Numbered from the whole stretch's first letter, positions 23,624 through 36,321 are shown. The stretch is 61,734 nt of DNA, filler included, from Squatina squatina (GCA_031763465.1; 4 parts of 3 records of this genome joined end to end with filler, not necessarily neighbours in it), one strand, 5' to 3'. Notes: generated by a model from the letters alone, not told the origin. Made by a program: numbers and translations.

Positions 23624-23949
23624 AATAGAGCACTTTAGTATTGGTTGCCAGATGGTCAATGTCTTATTCCTCTGGCTATTCCTGGTGGTTTTGAGATCTA
23701 TTTTGATTGGCAGCTTAAACCAATTATGAATGATATTTGTTTAACTTCTTTTCTACCAGTTTATTTTCAAAGGAAAGAGAGTCATGTGATCAGGCTGGCA
23801 GTCCCCTTCACACCACATTGCCACATGAGCCATAGGTGAAAGTGAAACTNNNNNNNNNNNNNNNNNNNNNNNNNNNNNNNNNNNNNNNNNNNNNNNNNNN
23901 NNNNNNNNNNNNNNNNNNNNNNNNNNNNNNNNNNNNNNNNNNNNNNNNN

Positions 23950-25700
23950 TTGTCCAAGTTTGGACCAAGGGTGTAATGAGGTTTGGAGCCAAGTGGTCAT
24001 GGTTGAACCCAAACTGAGCATCGATGAGCAGATATTTGGTGAGTAAGTGCCACTTGAAAGCATTGTCAAAGACACATTCCATCACTTTGCTGCTGATTGA
24101 GAGTAGGCTTGTAGAATGGTAATTGGCTGGGTTGAAATTGCCCTGCTTTTTATGGACAGGACATACCTGGGCAATTTTCCACATGGTCGATTAGATGGCA
24201 ATGTTGTAGCTATGCCGGAATGACTTAGCTAGAGGCACAACTAGTTCTGGAGCACAGGTCTTCAGCACTACAGCTGGGATGTTGTCGGGTCCCGTAGCCT
24301 TTGCTGTATCCAGTGCACTCAGCGTTTCTTGTCACCATGTTGAAGACTTGCATCTGTGATGGTGGGGATCTGAGGAGGAGGCTGAGAAGGATCATGCATG
24401 CGGCACCTCCAGATGAAGATGGTTGTGAACACTTCAGCCTTGTCTTTTGCATTCACAAGCTGCACTCCACCATCATTGAGGATGGGGATGTTCATGGAGT
24501 CTTCTCCTCCCGTTAATTCCAGTGCCACCAACATTCACAACTTGATGTGGCAGAACTGCAGAGCATCTGCTCTGTTAATCATGGAATCACATGGGTCTAT
24601 TTATAGTATGCTGTTTCCACTGTTTAGCATGTAGTTCTGTGTAGTAGCTTCACTAGGCTGGCACCTAATTTTCAGGTACACATTGTGCTCTTCTACACTC
24701 CTCATTGAACTAGCATTGTTCATCTAGCTTAATGGTGATGGAGGAATGAGGGATATGCCAAGCCAGGAGGTTACAGATTGTGGTGGATACAATTCTGCTG
24801 CTGCTGATGGCCCACATCGTCTCATAGATGTCCAGTTTTGAGCTGCGAGATCTGTTTTTAGTCTATCCCACTTAGTGCGATGGTCGTACCACACAACACG
24901 ATGGAGGGTGTCCTCAGTTTAAAGGCAGGACTTTGTCTCCACAAGGACTGTGCAATGGTCATTCTTACATGTACTGTCATGGACAGATGTATCAGTGACA
25001 GGTAGATTGGTGAGGACGAGGTCAAGTCGGTTATTCCCTTGTGTTGGTTCTCCCACCACCTACCGTCTGGCAGTTATTTCCTTCAGGACTTGCCCAGCTC
25101 CGTCACTAGTGGTACTACCAAGCCACTCATGGTATACTGAAGTCCCCCACCCAGAGTACCTTCTGTTCCCTTGCAGTGCTTCATCCAAATGTTGTTCAAA
25201 ATCGAGGAGTAGTGATTCATCTGCTGAGGGAGAGTGGTAGGTGGTAATCAGCAGGAGGTTTCCTTACCCATTTTTGACCTGATGCTATGAGACTTCATAG
25301 GGTCTGGAATCAGTGGTGAAGACTCCCAGGGCACTTCCACTCAACTATATACCATTGTGCCCCTACCTCTTTGGTTATGTCCTGCCGGTGGGACAAGACA
25401 TAGGCATAGATGGTGATGGAGGAGTCTGGGAAGTTGAGTGATAGGATTATTCAGTGAGTATGCTTATGTTTGCTTGACTAGTCTGTGGGACAATTCTCCC
25501 CAACTTTTGCATCAGTCCCCAGATGTTAGTGAGGACGACTTTGCAGTGTCATCTGAGATTGGTGTGCCTTTGTCGTGCCTGATGCAATGCCTAAGCTAAA
25601 GCTGAGTGGTACGTCTGGTTTTATTCTTTTTTGTAGTGGGCTTATGCAAATGAATGGATTGCTCGGCCATTGCAGAGGGCAATTAAGAGTCAACCACATT
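23950..25700 (-). mobile_element. Decayed non-LTR retrotransposon (L2/Crack-type, CR1 group): 5' end, endonuclease region and start of RT
   Basis: Minus frame WKIAQVCPVHKKQ..NPANYHSTSLLSISSKVME...DAQFGF is an RT N-terminal motif. Degraded ORF2 continues upstream. Clade assignment is inference. Confidence 0.85.
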
Positions 25701-25899
25701 NNNNNNNNNNNNNNNNNNNNNNNNNNNNNNNNNNNNNNNNNNNNNNNNNNNNNNNNNNNNNNNNNNNNNNNNNNNNNNNNNNNNNNNNNNNNNNNNNNNN
25801 AGTGAAAAGTCACATGATTTGATTGAAATGGAGCTGGGAGACAAAGTTATAATGAAGCCCAGTTCCAGAGCTTTCTACAGCGCTAAAAGTTCAGAGTAA

Positions 25900-26166
25900 A
25901 TGTGTGTCAACGCTAAAGTTAAGACCTTATAGCCTTGTCTAATTCCAGGGCGTTGGTCTTATTTGGGCGTTGCGCCCACTAATGATGCCCATCTAATGCC
26001 AAAACTCACGATTGTGGCCAAAACCCTTTAATACCCGTTTAGGGCCGGCGTTAACGGGTAGACGAATTTTTCATCACAACGCTTAACGCTATAAGCTGGC
26101 ATTAAGCACTTTGCACCCATTTAACGCTATTTTAACGTCTAAATAAAACTACGAACTTGGCGCCCA
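25900..26166 (-). mobile_element. Harbinger-like MITE end, same family as 50724-50990
   Basis: About 260 nt of reverse-complement similarity to 50724-50990, ending acgaacttggcgccc. Confidence 0.8.
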
Positions 26167-26314
26167 AAGATTCATGCAAGTATTAGAAACTTAGATGAGA
26201 AAAAACAATTACAATAAACCCTGTTTACTTGCAGTGTCATTTTAATAGTAGCATTATGCGTGCCATGCAAGGTTTCGAGCTTAGCAATTATGAGTGGGAA
26301 AGTTTTTTAAAATT

Positions 26315-26735
26315 AATTCCTGGCAAAGCCAGCATTTATTGCCCTTGAGAAGGTGGAGAACCACTATGGTCCTTGTGCTACTTATTTTGACTTTTTCACT
26401 GTGGTTGTTTACAACTGAGAGGCTTGCTGGGCCATTTGCAGAGGACAAATAAGAGTCAACCACATTGCTGTGAGTCTGGAGTCACATCTCGGCCAGACCA
26501 GGTAAGGATGGCATATTCCCTTCCCTGAAGGACACCAGTGAACCAACTGGGTTTTTCTGACCATCTCTGATTGTTTCATTATCACCATTACTGACTCTAA
26601 CTTTTTTTTAAAAATTCCTGATTATTTAATAACTGAATTTATATTTCACAGTTATGGTAGGATTTTAACTCATGTGTCTGGAATAATAGTCCCTGCCTGG
26701 ATTACTAGTCCTGCAACTTAACCACTATGCCAGCA
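26315..26735 (-). mobile_element. tRNA-derived SINE (second family) with a LINE-type tail
   Basis: tRNA-like head (revcomp of ggattactagtcc...aaccactatgcc), body aagagtcaaccacattgctgtgagtctggagtcaca...ggtaaggatggc, tail gccagcatttattgcccttgagaaggtgg. Confidence 0.8.
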
Positions 26736-26779
26736 AGTCCCCAAGTGATCAAGCTGTACATTAATCTCTTAAGGCTCAT

Positions 26780-27410
26780 GATCAATACCATGAGGCGACA
26801 GCAAAAACAAATAGAGTAATAGGATTAATAAAAAACATTACATAGTAACTGTATAAAAGCTTGGTTGGGCCTCATCTAGAATATTTTGCTGAATGTTGGT
26901 TCCCTCATACATCAGGTGATGTGGAAGCCATGAAAAAGGTTCAGAAGAGAGCCAGTATACTGACACTTAGCTTAAAAGGCTCTAAGTTACCACTTTTGGC
27001 TTAAAGAACCTTTTTTACTTTTGATTTGATTGAGCTCTTTGGGAAAAAAAACAAAGTCTTGCATTTATTTAGCACCTTTCACATCCACCAGACGTCCCAA
27101 AATGCTTTACAGCCAATGAAGTACTTTTTTGAAGTGTAGTTGCTGTTGTAATGTAGGAAAAAGTGAAAGGATTAGACTATCCACGTGGGTACACTATTTG
27201 AGTTGAATAATTTAGGCAGGACATGGGGCATGCGTATAAGTTATGTAAGCATAGAACTAGGTTCGATGCCTGGAAGTTTTTCTTTTGATAGAGGGCCATC
27301 GATCTCTGGAACAAGTTGCCGGCTAGGGCAATGAGTATGGATTCACAGCAAGGGTTTAAAAGGGAGCTGAGTGAGCTTCTAACATTGGTCAATTTTTCAG
27401 CTTAACAAAA
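26780..27410 (+). mobile_element. Old CR1 fragment interrupted by a DeuSINE tail
   Basis: YKSLVGPHLEYFAECWFP...MKKVQKRA, with later degraded WNKLP-like sequence. Confidence 0.7.
27052..27160 (-). mobile_element. DeuSINE 3' tail
   Basis: cttgcatttatttagcacctttca...gctttacagccaatgaagtact. Confidence 0.85.
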
Positions 27411-27503
27411 CAAATTGGGCAATGTGTCTCATTGACGTGAGCCCCCTGGAGCAGGAGATGCCATGAACTTGTGCTAGTTATGTCATGATTATTAACCCTA
27501 CAG

Positions 27504-27574
27504 GGTGAATGCAGCCTTCATCAAAAATGTAGAACTGCACAGTATTTACAGATATAGTAGGAGCTGCCACCAAG
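27504..27574 (+). CDS. Possible unidentified 71-nt exon
   Basis: Bounded by ccctacag| and AAG|gtaagt; one open frame, VNAAFIKNVELHSIYRYSRSCHQ. No recognised homology. Confidence 0.25.
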
Positions 27575-27726
27575 GTAAGTACAGAACATAACAAAAACAC
27601 TCATAAACTACCATAACATATATAAGNNNNNNNNNNNNNNNNNNNNNNNNNNNNNNNNNNNNNNNNNNNNNNNNNNNNNNNNNNNNNNNNNNNNNNNNNN
27701 NNNNNNNNNNNNNNNNNNNNNNNNNN

Positions 27727-28058
27727 TGAATGGGCCTACTCCTGTTCCTATGGTAACAGGCTCGAGGGGCTGAATGGGCCTTCAATAAGATCACGGCTGA
27801 TCTCAACTGCCCTATCCCCATATCCCTCGATTGCCGTCGAGTTCAAAAATCTATCTTATCCTGTGACTGTGACCCCTGGTTCGAGACCCTCCAGCAAGGG
27901 GGAAACATCCTCCCTGCATCGACCCTTTCAATCCTCCTCAGAATCTTATATTAGATGTTTCAATGAGATTACCTCTCATTCTCCTAAACTCCAGAGAGTA
28001 CAGACCCAATTAACTCAATCTTTCCTCATCGGACAACCACCTCATCCTGGGAATCCAA
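27727..28058. mobile_element. CR1 tail repeats (+) fused to a CR1 3' part (-)
   Basis: tgaatgggcc recurs at a 44-nt spacing, followed by ttcaataagatcacggctgatc...tttcaatgagattacctctcattct. Confidence 0.75.
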
Positions 28059-28068
28059 ATGAAGTGCA

Positions 28069-28226
28069 TGGAAACACGGCAACCAATGTGCGCACAGCAC
28101 GTTCCCACAAGCAACAATGTGATAAATGGCTGGTTTATCTGTTTTTAGCAATGTTGGTTGAGGGATAAATATTGGCCCCAGGACAAGGCGGAGAACTCGC
28201 TTCGCTCTTCGTCGAAATAATGGACT
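28069..28226 (-). mobile_element. DeuSINE internal fragment
   Basis: gttggttgagggataaatattggccccaggaca. Confidence 0.85.
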
Positions 28227-28326
28227 NNNNNNNNNNNNNNNNNNNNNNNNNNNNNNNNNNNNNNNNNNNNNNNNNNNNNNNNNNNNNNNNNNNNNNNNNN
28301 NNNNNNNNNNNNNNNNNNNNNNNNNN

Positions 28327-28368
28327 GCAAAACCCGAGCAGTGCCAGAACAACTTGGCACAAGGCCTC
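28327..28368 (-). CDS. Possible start of an unidentified exon
   Basis: Pyrimidine tract ttccttgtttctttcctgttccccctcac...cag| followed by EALCQVVLALLGFC running into the gap. Confidence 0.3.
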
Positions 28369-28604
28369 CTGACCAAGTGAGGGGGAACAGGAAAGAAACA
28401 AGGAAAGTGTTACTACAAAGTATTACTACAAATCTGACCATGAAATCCATCTCCAAAAACAGCACATGTAGCCGCTGCAATTGTCTCATTTTACATGGGG
28501 AATGAGGTCCTGTATTTCTTTGCACTTTCTGCTGCTGAATGGGGTACATGGAGTGTCCCACACGCTTACTGAAAAGTTATGGCAGCATGGTGAAAAGCAG
28601 CAGA

Positions 28605-28850
28605 ACATCCGAAACTAGGGGTCATAAATATAAGATAGTCACGAATAAATCCAATAAGTAATTCAGGAGAGACTTCTTCGCCCAAAGAGTGGTTAGAATG
28701 TAGAACTCGCTGCCACAGGGAGTGGTTGAGGCGAATAGCATCGATGGATTTAAAGGGAAGCTGGATAAACACGTGAGGGAGAAAGGAACAGAAAGATGTG
28801 CTGATCGGGTGAGATGATGTAGGGTGGGAGGAGGCTCGTGTGGGTGGAGC
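28605..28850 (+). mobile_element. CR1 3' fragment
   Basis: aactaggggtcataaatataagatagtcac...cccaaagagtggttagaatg. Confidence 0.85.
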
Positions 28851-28942
28851 TAAGAAACAGCAAGGGGCAGAAAACATTGGTGGGTGCTGTTTATATGTCA
28901 CCAAACAGTAGGGGTAATGTAGGACACTGTATAAATCAGGAA

Positions 28943-29042
28943 NNNNNNNNNNNNNNNNNNNNNNNNNNNNNNNNNNNNNNNNNNNNTTAATTAATTAANN
29001 NNNNNNNNNNNNNNNNNNNNNNNNNNNNNNNNNNNNNNNNNN
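28943..29042. other. Artificial scaffold linker
   Basis: 44N-TTAATTAATTAA-44N. Confidence 0.97.
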
Positions 29043-29679
29043 TAAACGGTGTTCCCATAGTACTGAGCAGCAGATTCCAATTATAGATAGTTTGGCTAGA
29101 ATAAACAGTTGAGCATAGTTGAAACCTCCTCTGTTGCATTGCACAACATTTTGCTAGGTTTCACTTACTGTATTTCATGCCTTTGGCTGAATAAATTGTC
29201 ACTTTTTTAAATTCAATTTGCATGGTCATCTGCAGACAGGTTGCAATGCCTCTTGCCCAGTATGGTCCAACACTGCTCTTTCAATTTACCTCCCGTTCTG
29301 TCACACCTCGAAGGTCTAATTTTAGGTCAAAACCAGATTATTTTAAGTTATTCTGTAATGGATTTTGGTATGAATTACATCATCTCATTAATCCAGTTAA
29401 CTAAACTTGGGGATTGAAAATATAAATATTATCAGGATTTGTGTCCACATTCCAGAAATGGACATTTTCAAGCAGTCACAGACGGGATTCTAACCACTAA
29501 GTTTGAGCTCGGAAGTATCACAGTGGAACTCATCATTTTTTTTTTAATCTATCAGAGGGAAACAAGTTGTATTTCAACTGTTCATTGAAGGTATCCAGTT
29601 AATGAGATTATCAACAGCACTAATCAAGAACTGGCATGTATCTCAAAGCTTTGAGTTCTAAACCAGACAGATTATTTTA

Positions 29680-30090
29680 ACTCTAATCTCATTGATAAAG
29701 CCATGGGTGGAATATCATAGGCAGCTCCATTTGCAGTGAACATTGATGTATTGGAGAATGTTCAGACAAAAGTGATGAGTGATTCTGGGGCATTGAGGTC
29801 TAAGTTGTGAAGAGAAGGCTTGCTGAATTGATCTTTTATTGAGGGGATTCTAATTTCAGGTTTTTAATACGCTGAAAGGCACAGATAGCATAGATGAATG
29901 GTTATTTAACTTCAAACTGATCTTGGAACTAGATTGTACAGATGAGGCTTGAGCTCCAAGAATTCCACCTTCCATGTTTTTCCCTCCTCCTGCAACCAAG
30001 TGTTGGATAAATAGAATGGATTCTCATCAAACTCAGTTGGTGCTAATGTGATTGATCTTTTAAAAGCAGCATGAACGTTTGGTTAGAAAT
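29680..30090 (+). mobile_element. Very old CR1 fragment
   Basis: gaacattgatgtattggagaatgttcaga (xDVLENVQ) and further degraded CR1 3' motifs. Confidence 0.5.
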
Positions 30091-30510
30091 GAAGAAAGAA
30101 CTTGCATTTATGTCGTGCTTTTCATGACCTCCAGTCATCCAAAAGTGCTTTAAAAGCTAATGAAGCACACTTGAAGTGTAGCCACTGTTGTAATGTCGGA
30201 AATGTGGCAGCCAGTTTGCGTACAGCAAATTCCTGCAAGCAGCAATGAGATAATGATCAAATAATGTGATTTTTTTTTAAAGTAATGTTAGTTGAGGTAT
30301 TTGTATTGGCCAGAGCAGTGCCGATAATGCCATGTGATCTTTTACATCCGCCTAAGAACAGATGAGGCCTCGGTTTAACATCTCATCCAAATGATGGCGC
30401 CTCTGACAGTTCCCTCAGCACGGCACTGGAGCGTCCGCCTTTATCTTGTGCTCATGTCTGAAATGGGATTTGAACCCACAACCTTATGACTCAAAGTGAT
30501 CACCACTGAA
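30091..30510 (-). mobile_element. Near full-length DeuSINE
   Basis: Runs from aagaaagaacttgcattta to gggatttgaacccacaaccttatgactca. Confidence 0.9.
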
Positions 30511-31314
30511 TGGAACTGGAGGCTATTAGGATAAGTGCATGCTTAGATATTGTGAAGAACCTGTGCATACAAAACAATCAATGTAATCAATGAAGAGCAA
30601 CAGCTCGGGGTTGAGTAATGTCAGTTCTTGTTCAGTTGTCTTGGATGGGGCAGTAAAGAGAAGAATTAGTTGAGAAAAAATGTCCGGAAGCTTCTGGAAG
30701 TGTCACCTTTAGCCGTCTGGAAATTTGAGTGAATTGTGTAGAGTTCAGGATAGTGCTGATCCTGTACATTCCATAGATGTTTGTACTCGAACACTAAACT
30801 GCTCAAGGTGTCTGCTGCATTAGCCCTTTGAATGCAGAATTATAAAATGAGATGTGTAGTGGTTGAAATTGTACCTCACAATTCTAGCCCAACGCTCAGC
30901 TAGTTTAACACTGGTGTATCTGGGTAAAAATGAGCAAAGATCAGCACCAGAATAAATGTCTGCCAGTTATCGACATATTTTGGTATCCTAACATACACAG
31001 ATCATGGACAAGATAGCAGTTTTATTTTTTGTCAACATTTTCATGTATACTAATGAGCTGCACGTGAATTGCTTTGTTACACATCCTGCCATGTGCTGTA
31101 GTATAAAAGGGGCTGAGACTGCAAACCATTTGCAAGGCAGCCAGTGCAGGATTCTGTATAAAGCAGGCAGTTGTGGAAATGTGTACATTTGTTTCCATGG
31201 TTTCAGAATTGTACTTAACTCAAAATTGAGCAGCCTTTCATCACAAAGTCTCTACCCACACATGTGCAAAATTTAATATTCTGTTCTTGCATATCAAACT
31301 TTTTTGTCAAATAA

Positions 31315-31534
31315 GGAAAAGCTTGCATTTATTTTGGCGCCTTTTATTTCCTCAGGATGTCCCAAAGTGCCAACCACTGAAGTACCTTTTTAAAGCATAG
31401 TCGCTATTGTTAGATTAACATGGCAGCCACTTTGCACACAGCCAAGCAGCAGTGTGTTGTATAAGCAGTCAATCTGTCTTTTGATGGTTTGAGAGAGAAA
31501 TGTTGGCAGAACACCAGGAAAGCTCCCTGCTATT
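31315..31534 (-). mobile_element. DeuSINE 3' half (diverged)
   Basis: gcttgcatttattttggcgcctttt...caggatgtcccaaagtgc. Confidence 0.75.
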
Positions 31535-31851
31535 NNNNNNNNNNNNNNNNNNNNNNNNNNNNNNNNNNNNNNNNNNNNNNNNNNNNNNNNNNNNNNNNNN
31601 NNNNNNNNNNNNNNNNNNNNNNNNNNNNNNNNNNNNNNNNNNNNNNNNNNNNNNNNNNNNNNNNNNNNNNNNNNNNNNNNNNNNNNNNNNNNNNNNNNNN
31701 NNNNNNNNNNNNNNNNNNNNNNNNNNNNNNNNNNNNNNNNNNNNNNNNNNNNNNNNNNNNNNNNNNNNNNNNNNNNNNNNNNNNNNNNNNNNNNNNNNNN
31801 NNNNNNNNNNNNNNNNNNNNNNNNNNNNNNNNNNNNNNNNNNNNNNNNNNN

Positions 31852-33116
31852 ATTATTGTCACATTAATCCCAATCCCTCTGCCATTTTATGTGGGGTTTT
31901 ATATCCTCTACTTGCAAGGTAGAAATCCCATTCCCTTTTAATGGTCGAAACAGGCGAAGGCTGTGCAGTACCGTCAATGTCTGTAAAAGTGATGTAGATG
32001 GCTTGTAGCACTTGCTAATTAAAGATTGCCTCCCTTTTCCTTTTTAAGAGGATTTTTTCCATGACAACTAATGGAAAAAATGTTCCTGTAGTTGAATGTA
32101 AAAACTCGAGCAGTTGGTGTATTGAAGATAACCCCACCGTAACCACTGTGTACGGAGGAAGAAGTTTTTAAATTTAAAAAAAAATCAAGTTATCCCAAGA
32201 ACACACATGCAAGATTTTGTATAGATTTTGTATATTTTTTTTCTAATCCAGGCTGATTTGCAGAATCCTTCAGTGATTGCTAGAAAATGAGCAAATTTTG
32301 TAAATGCAAAGGCCATTCAGAGCTCATGGGGGTCAACTGTTATGTTGCCTGACCTCCTCCAGAATAAACTTTAATTCATTTTTTTTATATTGAGGAAAAT
32401 CATTCTACAAAATAAATGCAGTAAAACACTAGTAGCATCTCACATATTTAAGAATGGACACGGTGATACTAACCCTACTAAACTTTACTCTGTTTGAATT
32501 AAATGCAAGTAAAGAAATCAAGACAAACCTTGTAAACATTCATTGCCTTTGTTAACTGTATAAACTGTATTTTAGTTCTGAAATTGCTTTCTATTATGTT
32601 TTTGTATATATGATTTTATAAATATTAAAGTGTACTTTATGTGGATTGTAGTTGCCTATATTTAATGTCTTCTATTTGTATAATTCTGTACTTTTGAGGT
32701 GCTGAATAGTGGGATATATATTTTGCCAAACTCTTGACATATGGAATGCAATATTAGACGGGGCTTCACCATATGCTTCAGTCTCATCTCCCTCCCCACC
32801 GATATCCTCTCCTGCATTTTACCTGTCCGGTGTTTAGATAAGACAGATGTCATAACTATATAGCCATATAGGACCTGCAGTATATGTATCTGCAAGTACC
32901 ATGTAACCTGGAAAGCAGTGTGTACTCTGTTTTGTATTCTAACATGTTCTGAGTGTGTAAACTCTTGTACAATCCGATAATAAAAATTGAAAAAGTGTAT
33001 TTACTGCAGTTTTAGAAAGTTGGCTCTCACTTCTGATAAAAATTGGCATTGGTTGTGCGCTATTTTGAGTGCAGTAAAAAATGAATTGATGTGGGAATTC
33101 TAGCATGTTCTCTGCA
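31852..33116 (+). other. 3'UTR-like segment of an unidentified gene
   Basis: Repeat-free and U-rich with many TGTA/TTTGTA motifs; AATAAA at 32363 and 32979. Confidence 0.45.
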
Positions 33117-33619
33117 NNNNNNNNNNNNNNNNNNNNNNNNNNNNNNNNNNNNNNNNNNNNNNNNNNNNNNNNNNNNNNNNNNNNNNNNNNNNNNNNNNNN
33201 NNNNNNNNNNNNNNNNCCATTTACTATTTTATATAACTCCATAAGGTGCCCTCTCAGTTGACGATATAAACAGTTAATATGTGGGATAAAAGGTACATCA
33301 TTTACTACCCACCCCACCCCCCTACCAATTCTTTGTAATTGACATGCTGATTTTCTTTTTAATTAAATGCGTCCATGTAATTCAGCCCTGTGCTCTGTTT
33401 TATTTTACCATCTGTCTATCTTTATTTGCATTTTAGTTTAAAAACACATTTGTCATTATTAGTGAGAAAGGTCAAACATCTTTGTAATTTTAAGTTCTGC
33501 TGTGTATTTGAAAGACCCCCACCAACCCACCACCACCTTCCCAAGTGACAATGCTCATTTTGGAGATATGGGATTAGAACTCAATAAACCTGCACAGGCA
33601 GGTACATCAGGTTGCTGTT

Positions 33620-33985
33620 GGTTTCTGGAACCATTCTAAAACGAGCCATCAATAATCCCAGTCACTAACGGGTCTAGAGCTGTGCAGTTCACAAGCCTCA
33701 AGAACAGTGCCACGTTTACATTGCTCACTGAATTCTGGAACTGTTCCAGATTCCCGTCGAGAACCAGCTTCAGAGAGCAGCGTTGTGTGACATCCGCAGC
33801 TAACCTGCTCCAGATTTTGGAAGCTAACCAGCTTCTGCGACAGTTCCAGAATTTTGTAATGAAACAGCCACTGGAACCATTCTGGATTATTTGTCGTTAA
33901 CCCACGTTGGTAACCGTTCCAGATTGTTGCAGTGAACCAGCCTGTAGAGTTGTTCCAGATTTTCCTGAACAGTCTGCCTCATTTG
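33620..33985. repeat. Degenerate 36-bp tandem repeat
   Basis: GTTCCAGAT-like cores at 33707, 33743, 33807, 33843, 33879, 33916 and 33952. Confidence 0.7.
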
Positions 33986-34429
33986 CAGACACCATTTTAC
34001 GAAAGATTACAGTCTCTGAATGCTCATTTTAAAGATCTGCACTAAAAATGATCACCCTTGGGAATCTTTAAAGCTTTTATTCTCAAATCACTTGATTTTG
34101 GGAATCCTTCCCCTTTTTTCCTGCAGTGCTTTCCATAACTTCTTGGTCGAATCCCAAACTGCCACCAATNNNNNNNNNNNNNNNNNNNNNNNNNNNNNNN
34201 NNNNNNNNNNNNNNNNAAGCCCAACGTCCAACAATTACCCGCCCCCCCCCCCCCCCACCCCCACCACCACCACCCATTGGTCAGAGGCACTAGGGACCAC
34301 CCAGATGGGACTCTCCACTCCAAGCTGTGCTCCCCAGTGCTGGGAGATACCACAGCCTCCACTTGGCAACTCCACACTCATTGCAGCTCAAACTGGCAAC
34401 GAGGAGATGGGGGATTTCCCATCCCTTGA

Positions 34430-34611
34430 TCCCTCAGTTATCAGAAACCTTCTCCACACAGGCAGGAAGCGGCTTAAGTCTGCAAATCAAGGTTCCTGCG
34501 CCGGTTGTAGATCTGATTGCAACTTTCGGGCACAAACAGGCGGAATTGTGTGCTTCACACATTCCACCTATTGAGCAGTGAACTTTCATTCTTTGGCGGA
34601 AATTGAGGCCC
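34430..34611. mobile_element. MITE-like end
   Basis: Ends ggcggaaattgaggccc|TCA, the reverse of the GGGC...AATT starts seen elsewhere in the window. Confidence 0.4.
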
Positions 34612-34999
34612 TCATAGTGTTCTGCCAGCACTAGGACGGGTGCAGTGCCAGAAAACCTGCCAGGACCGCATTATTCCTTCATGTTTGTCGTTAAAGTGGA
34701 CCAAACCTCCATGCTTTCTACACATTCTATGACCCTCCTGCATTATCTGCCCAATAGAAGTTCGACCTGTCCACTTCTAAGTGGTCTGGCTGGAAACCAG
34801 ACATCCATAGTCTCTCTGTTTTTAAATAGAAGTCAGGTTTCGCCCCCCCCCCACTTATGCGTCTTAGATTATGTGGAGGCATTAATTATTCATTGTTATG
34901 ATTCTTGAGGCTTCAATAAATTTTCCAAATCCAAATTCAAAATTGAAGTCATGGCCTGACCTCTTGGTTTCTGAATTTGGCAAAAGCTGGTAAACCTAC

Positions 35000-35293
35000 A
35001 AGGAACAAGAGGAGGCCATTCAGCCCCTCGAGTCTGCTCCGTCATTCAATTAGATCATGGCTGATCTGTATCTTGGCTCCATCTACCCACCTTCTTTCCA
35101 TATCCCCTGATACCCTTGTCTAACAAAAATCGAGTGATCTAAGTTTTGAAATTTTCAATTCACTCGTCGTCCCCCTCAGCCTCAACAGCTTTTCAGGGGA
35201 GAGAGTTCCAGATTTCCACTGCTCTTTGTGTGAAGAGGTGCTTCTTGACATTGCCCCTGAATGGCCTAGCTCTAATTTTAAGGTTATGCGCCC
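35000..35293 (-). mobile_element. CR1 3' end
   Basis: Minus frame GHNLKIRARPFRGNVKKHLFTQRAVEIWNSLP plus the tail. Confidence 0.9.
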
Positions 35294-35393
35294 NNNNNNN
35301 NNNNNNNNNNNNNNNNNNNNNNNNNNNNNNNNNNNNNNNNNNNNNNNNNNNNNNNNNNNNNNNNNNNNNNNNNNNNNNNNNNNNNNNNNNNNN

Positions 35394-35790
35394 CTGTGTC
35401 GCCATTTAATGAAATCATGGCTGATCTGTGTCTTAACTCCATCTCCCTGCCTTGGCTCCATATCCTTGGCTAGCAAAAAAAAAATCTTTCAATCTCATAT
35501 TCAAAATTATTAATTGAGCCAGCATCGGCTGAGTTTTGTGGGAGAGAGTTCCACACTTCTACCACCTGAAGTACTGTTTCCACACTCCTCTCCTGAACGG
35601 CCTGGCTCTAATTTTAAGGTTCTGTCCCCTTGTCCTGGACTCCCCCCACCAGTGGAAAATGTTTCTGTCTATCAACCCTATCAAATCCTTTCAAAATCCT
35701 GAAAACCGCAATCAAATCTCCCCTTAACCTTTCGATATTCCAGGGAATAGAAGCCTAGTTTGTGTAATCTCTCCTCGTGATCTAACCCTT
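35394..35790 (-). mobile_element. CR1 3' end, same subfamily as 35000-35293 and 46417-46865
   Basis: aatcatggctgatctgtg...ggcctggctctaattttaagg. Confidence 0.85.
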
Positions 35791-36094
35791 GCAGTTAAAT
35801 TGGTTTTTTTTAAGCCCGGCCAGACACTGGGAAAACACAACGGGTTTCCGTTAGATTTGCACCCAGATTCCAGTGGAAACGGCGCAAAAGATCGGNNNNN
35901 NNNNNNNNNNNNNNNNNNNNNNNNNNNNNNNNNNNNNNNNNNNNNNNNNNNNNNNNNNNNNNNNNNNNNNNNNNNNNNNNNNNNNNNNNNNNNNNGTGTG
36001 TCCTCTCTGGGCTCGGACACTTCACTGGTTGAGAATCAGAGGCCGGTGAGTTAATTCTCTGCGGGCCCAGGAGACAACTTTCTGAAAGTCTAGC

Positions 36095-36181
36095 GCCGCA
36101 CAGTTGCAGGGGCCGTCTTTCAGCTAGACGTTAAACCGAGGCCCCATTTGCCCCCTCGGGTGGACGTAAAAGATCCCACGA
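36095..36181 (+). mobile_element. DeuSINE fragment
   Basis: gccgtctttc...gacgttaaaccgaggcccc...gtggacgtaaaagatccca. Confidence 0.85.
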
Positions 36182-36321
36182 CTGGTCAGTCTGTTAAAGC
36201 CACTGCTGATTTTAATAGCCAGCGGAACACCTCTTGCAGGCTATTCCCTTTAACTCTGGAGCCATTAATTAGCAGTCAGTGGCAGTGATTTTCTTTGTGT
36301 GTTTTCTCCCCCATCCCTCAG

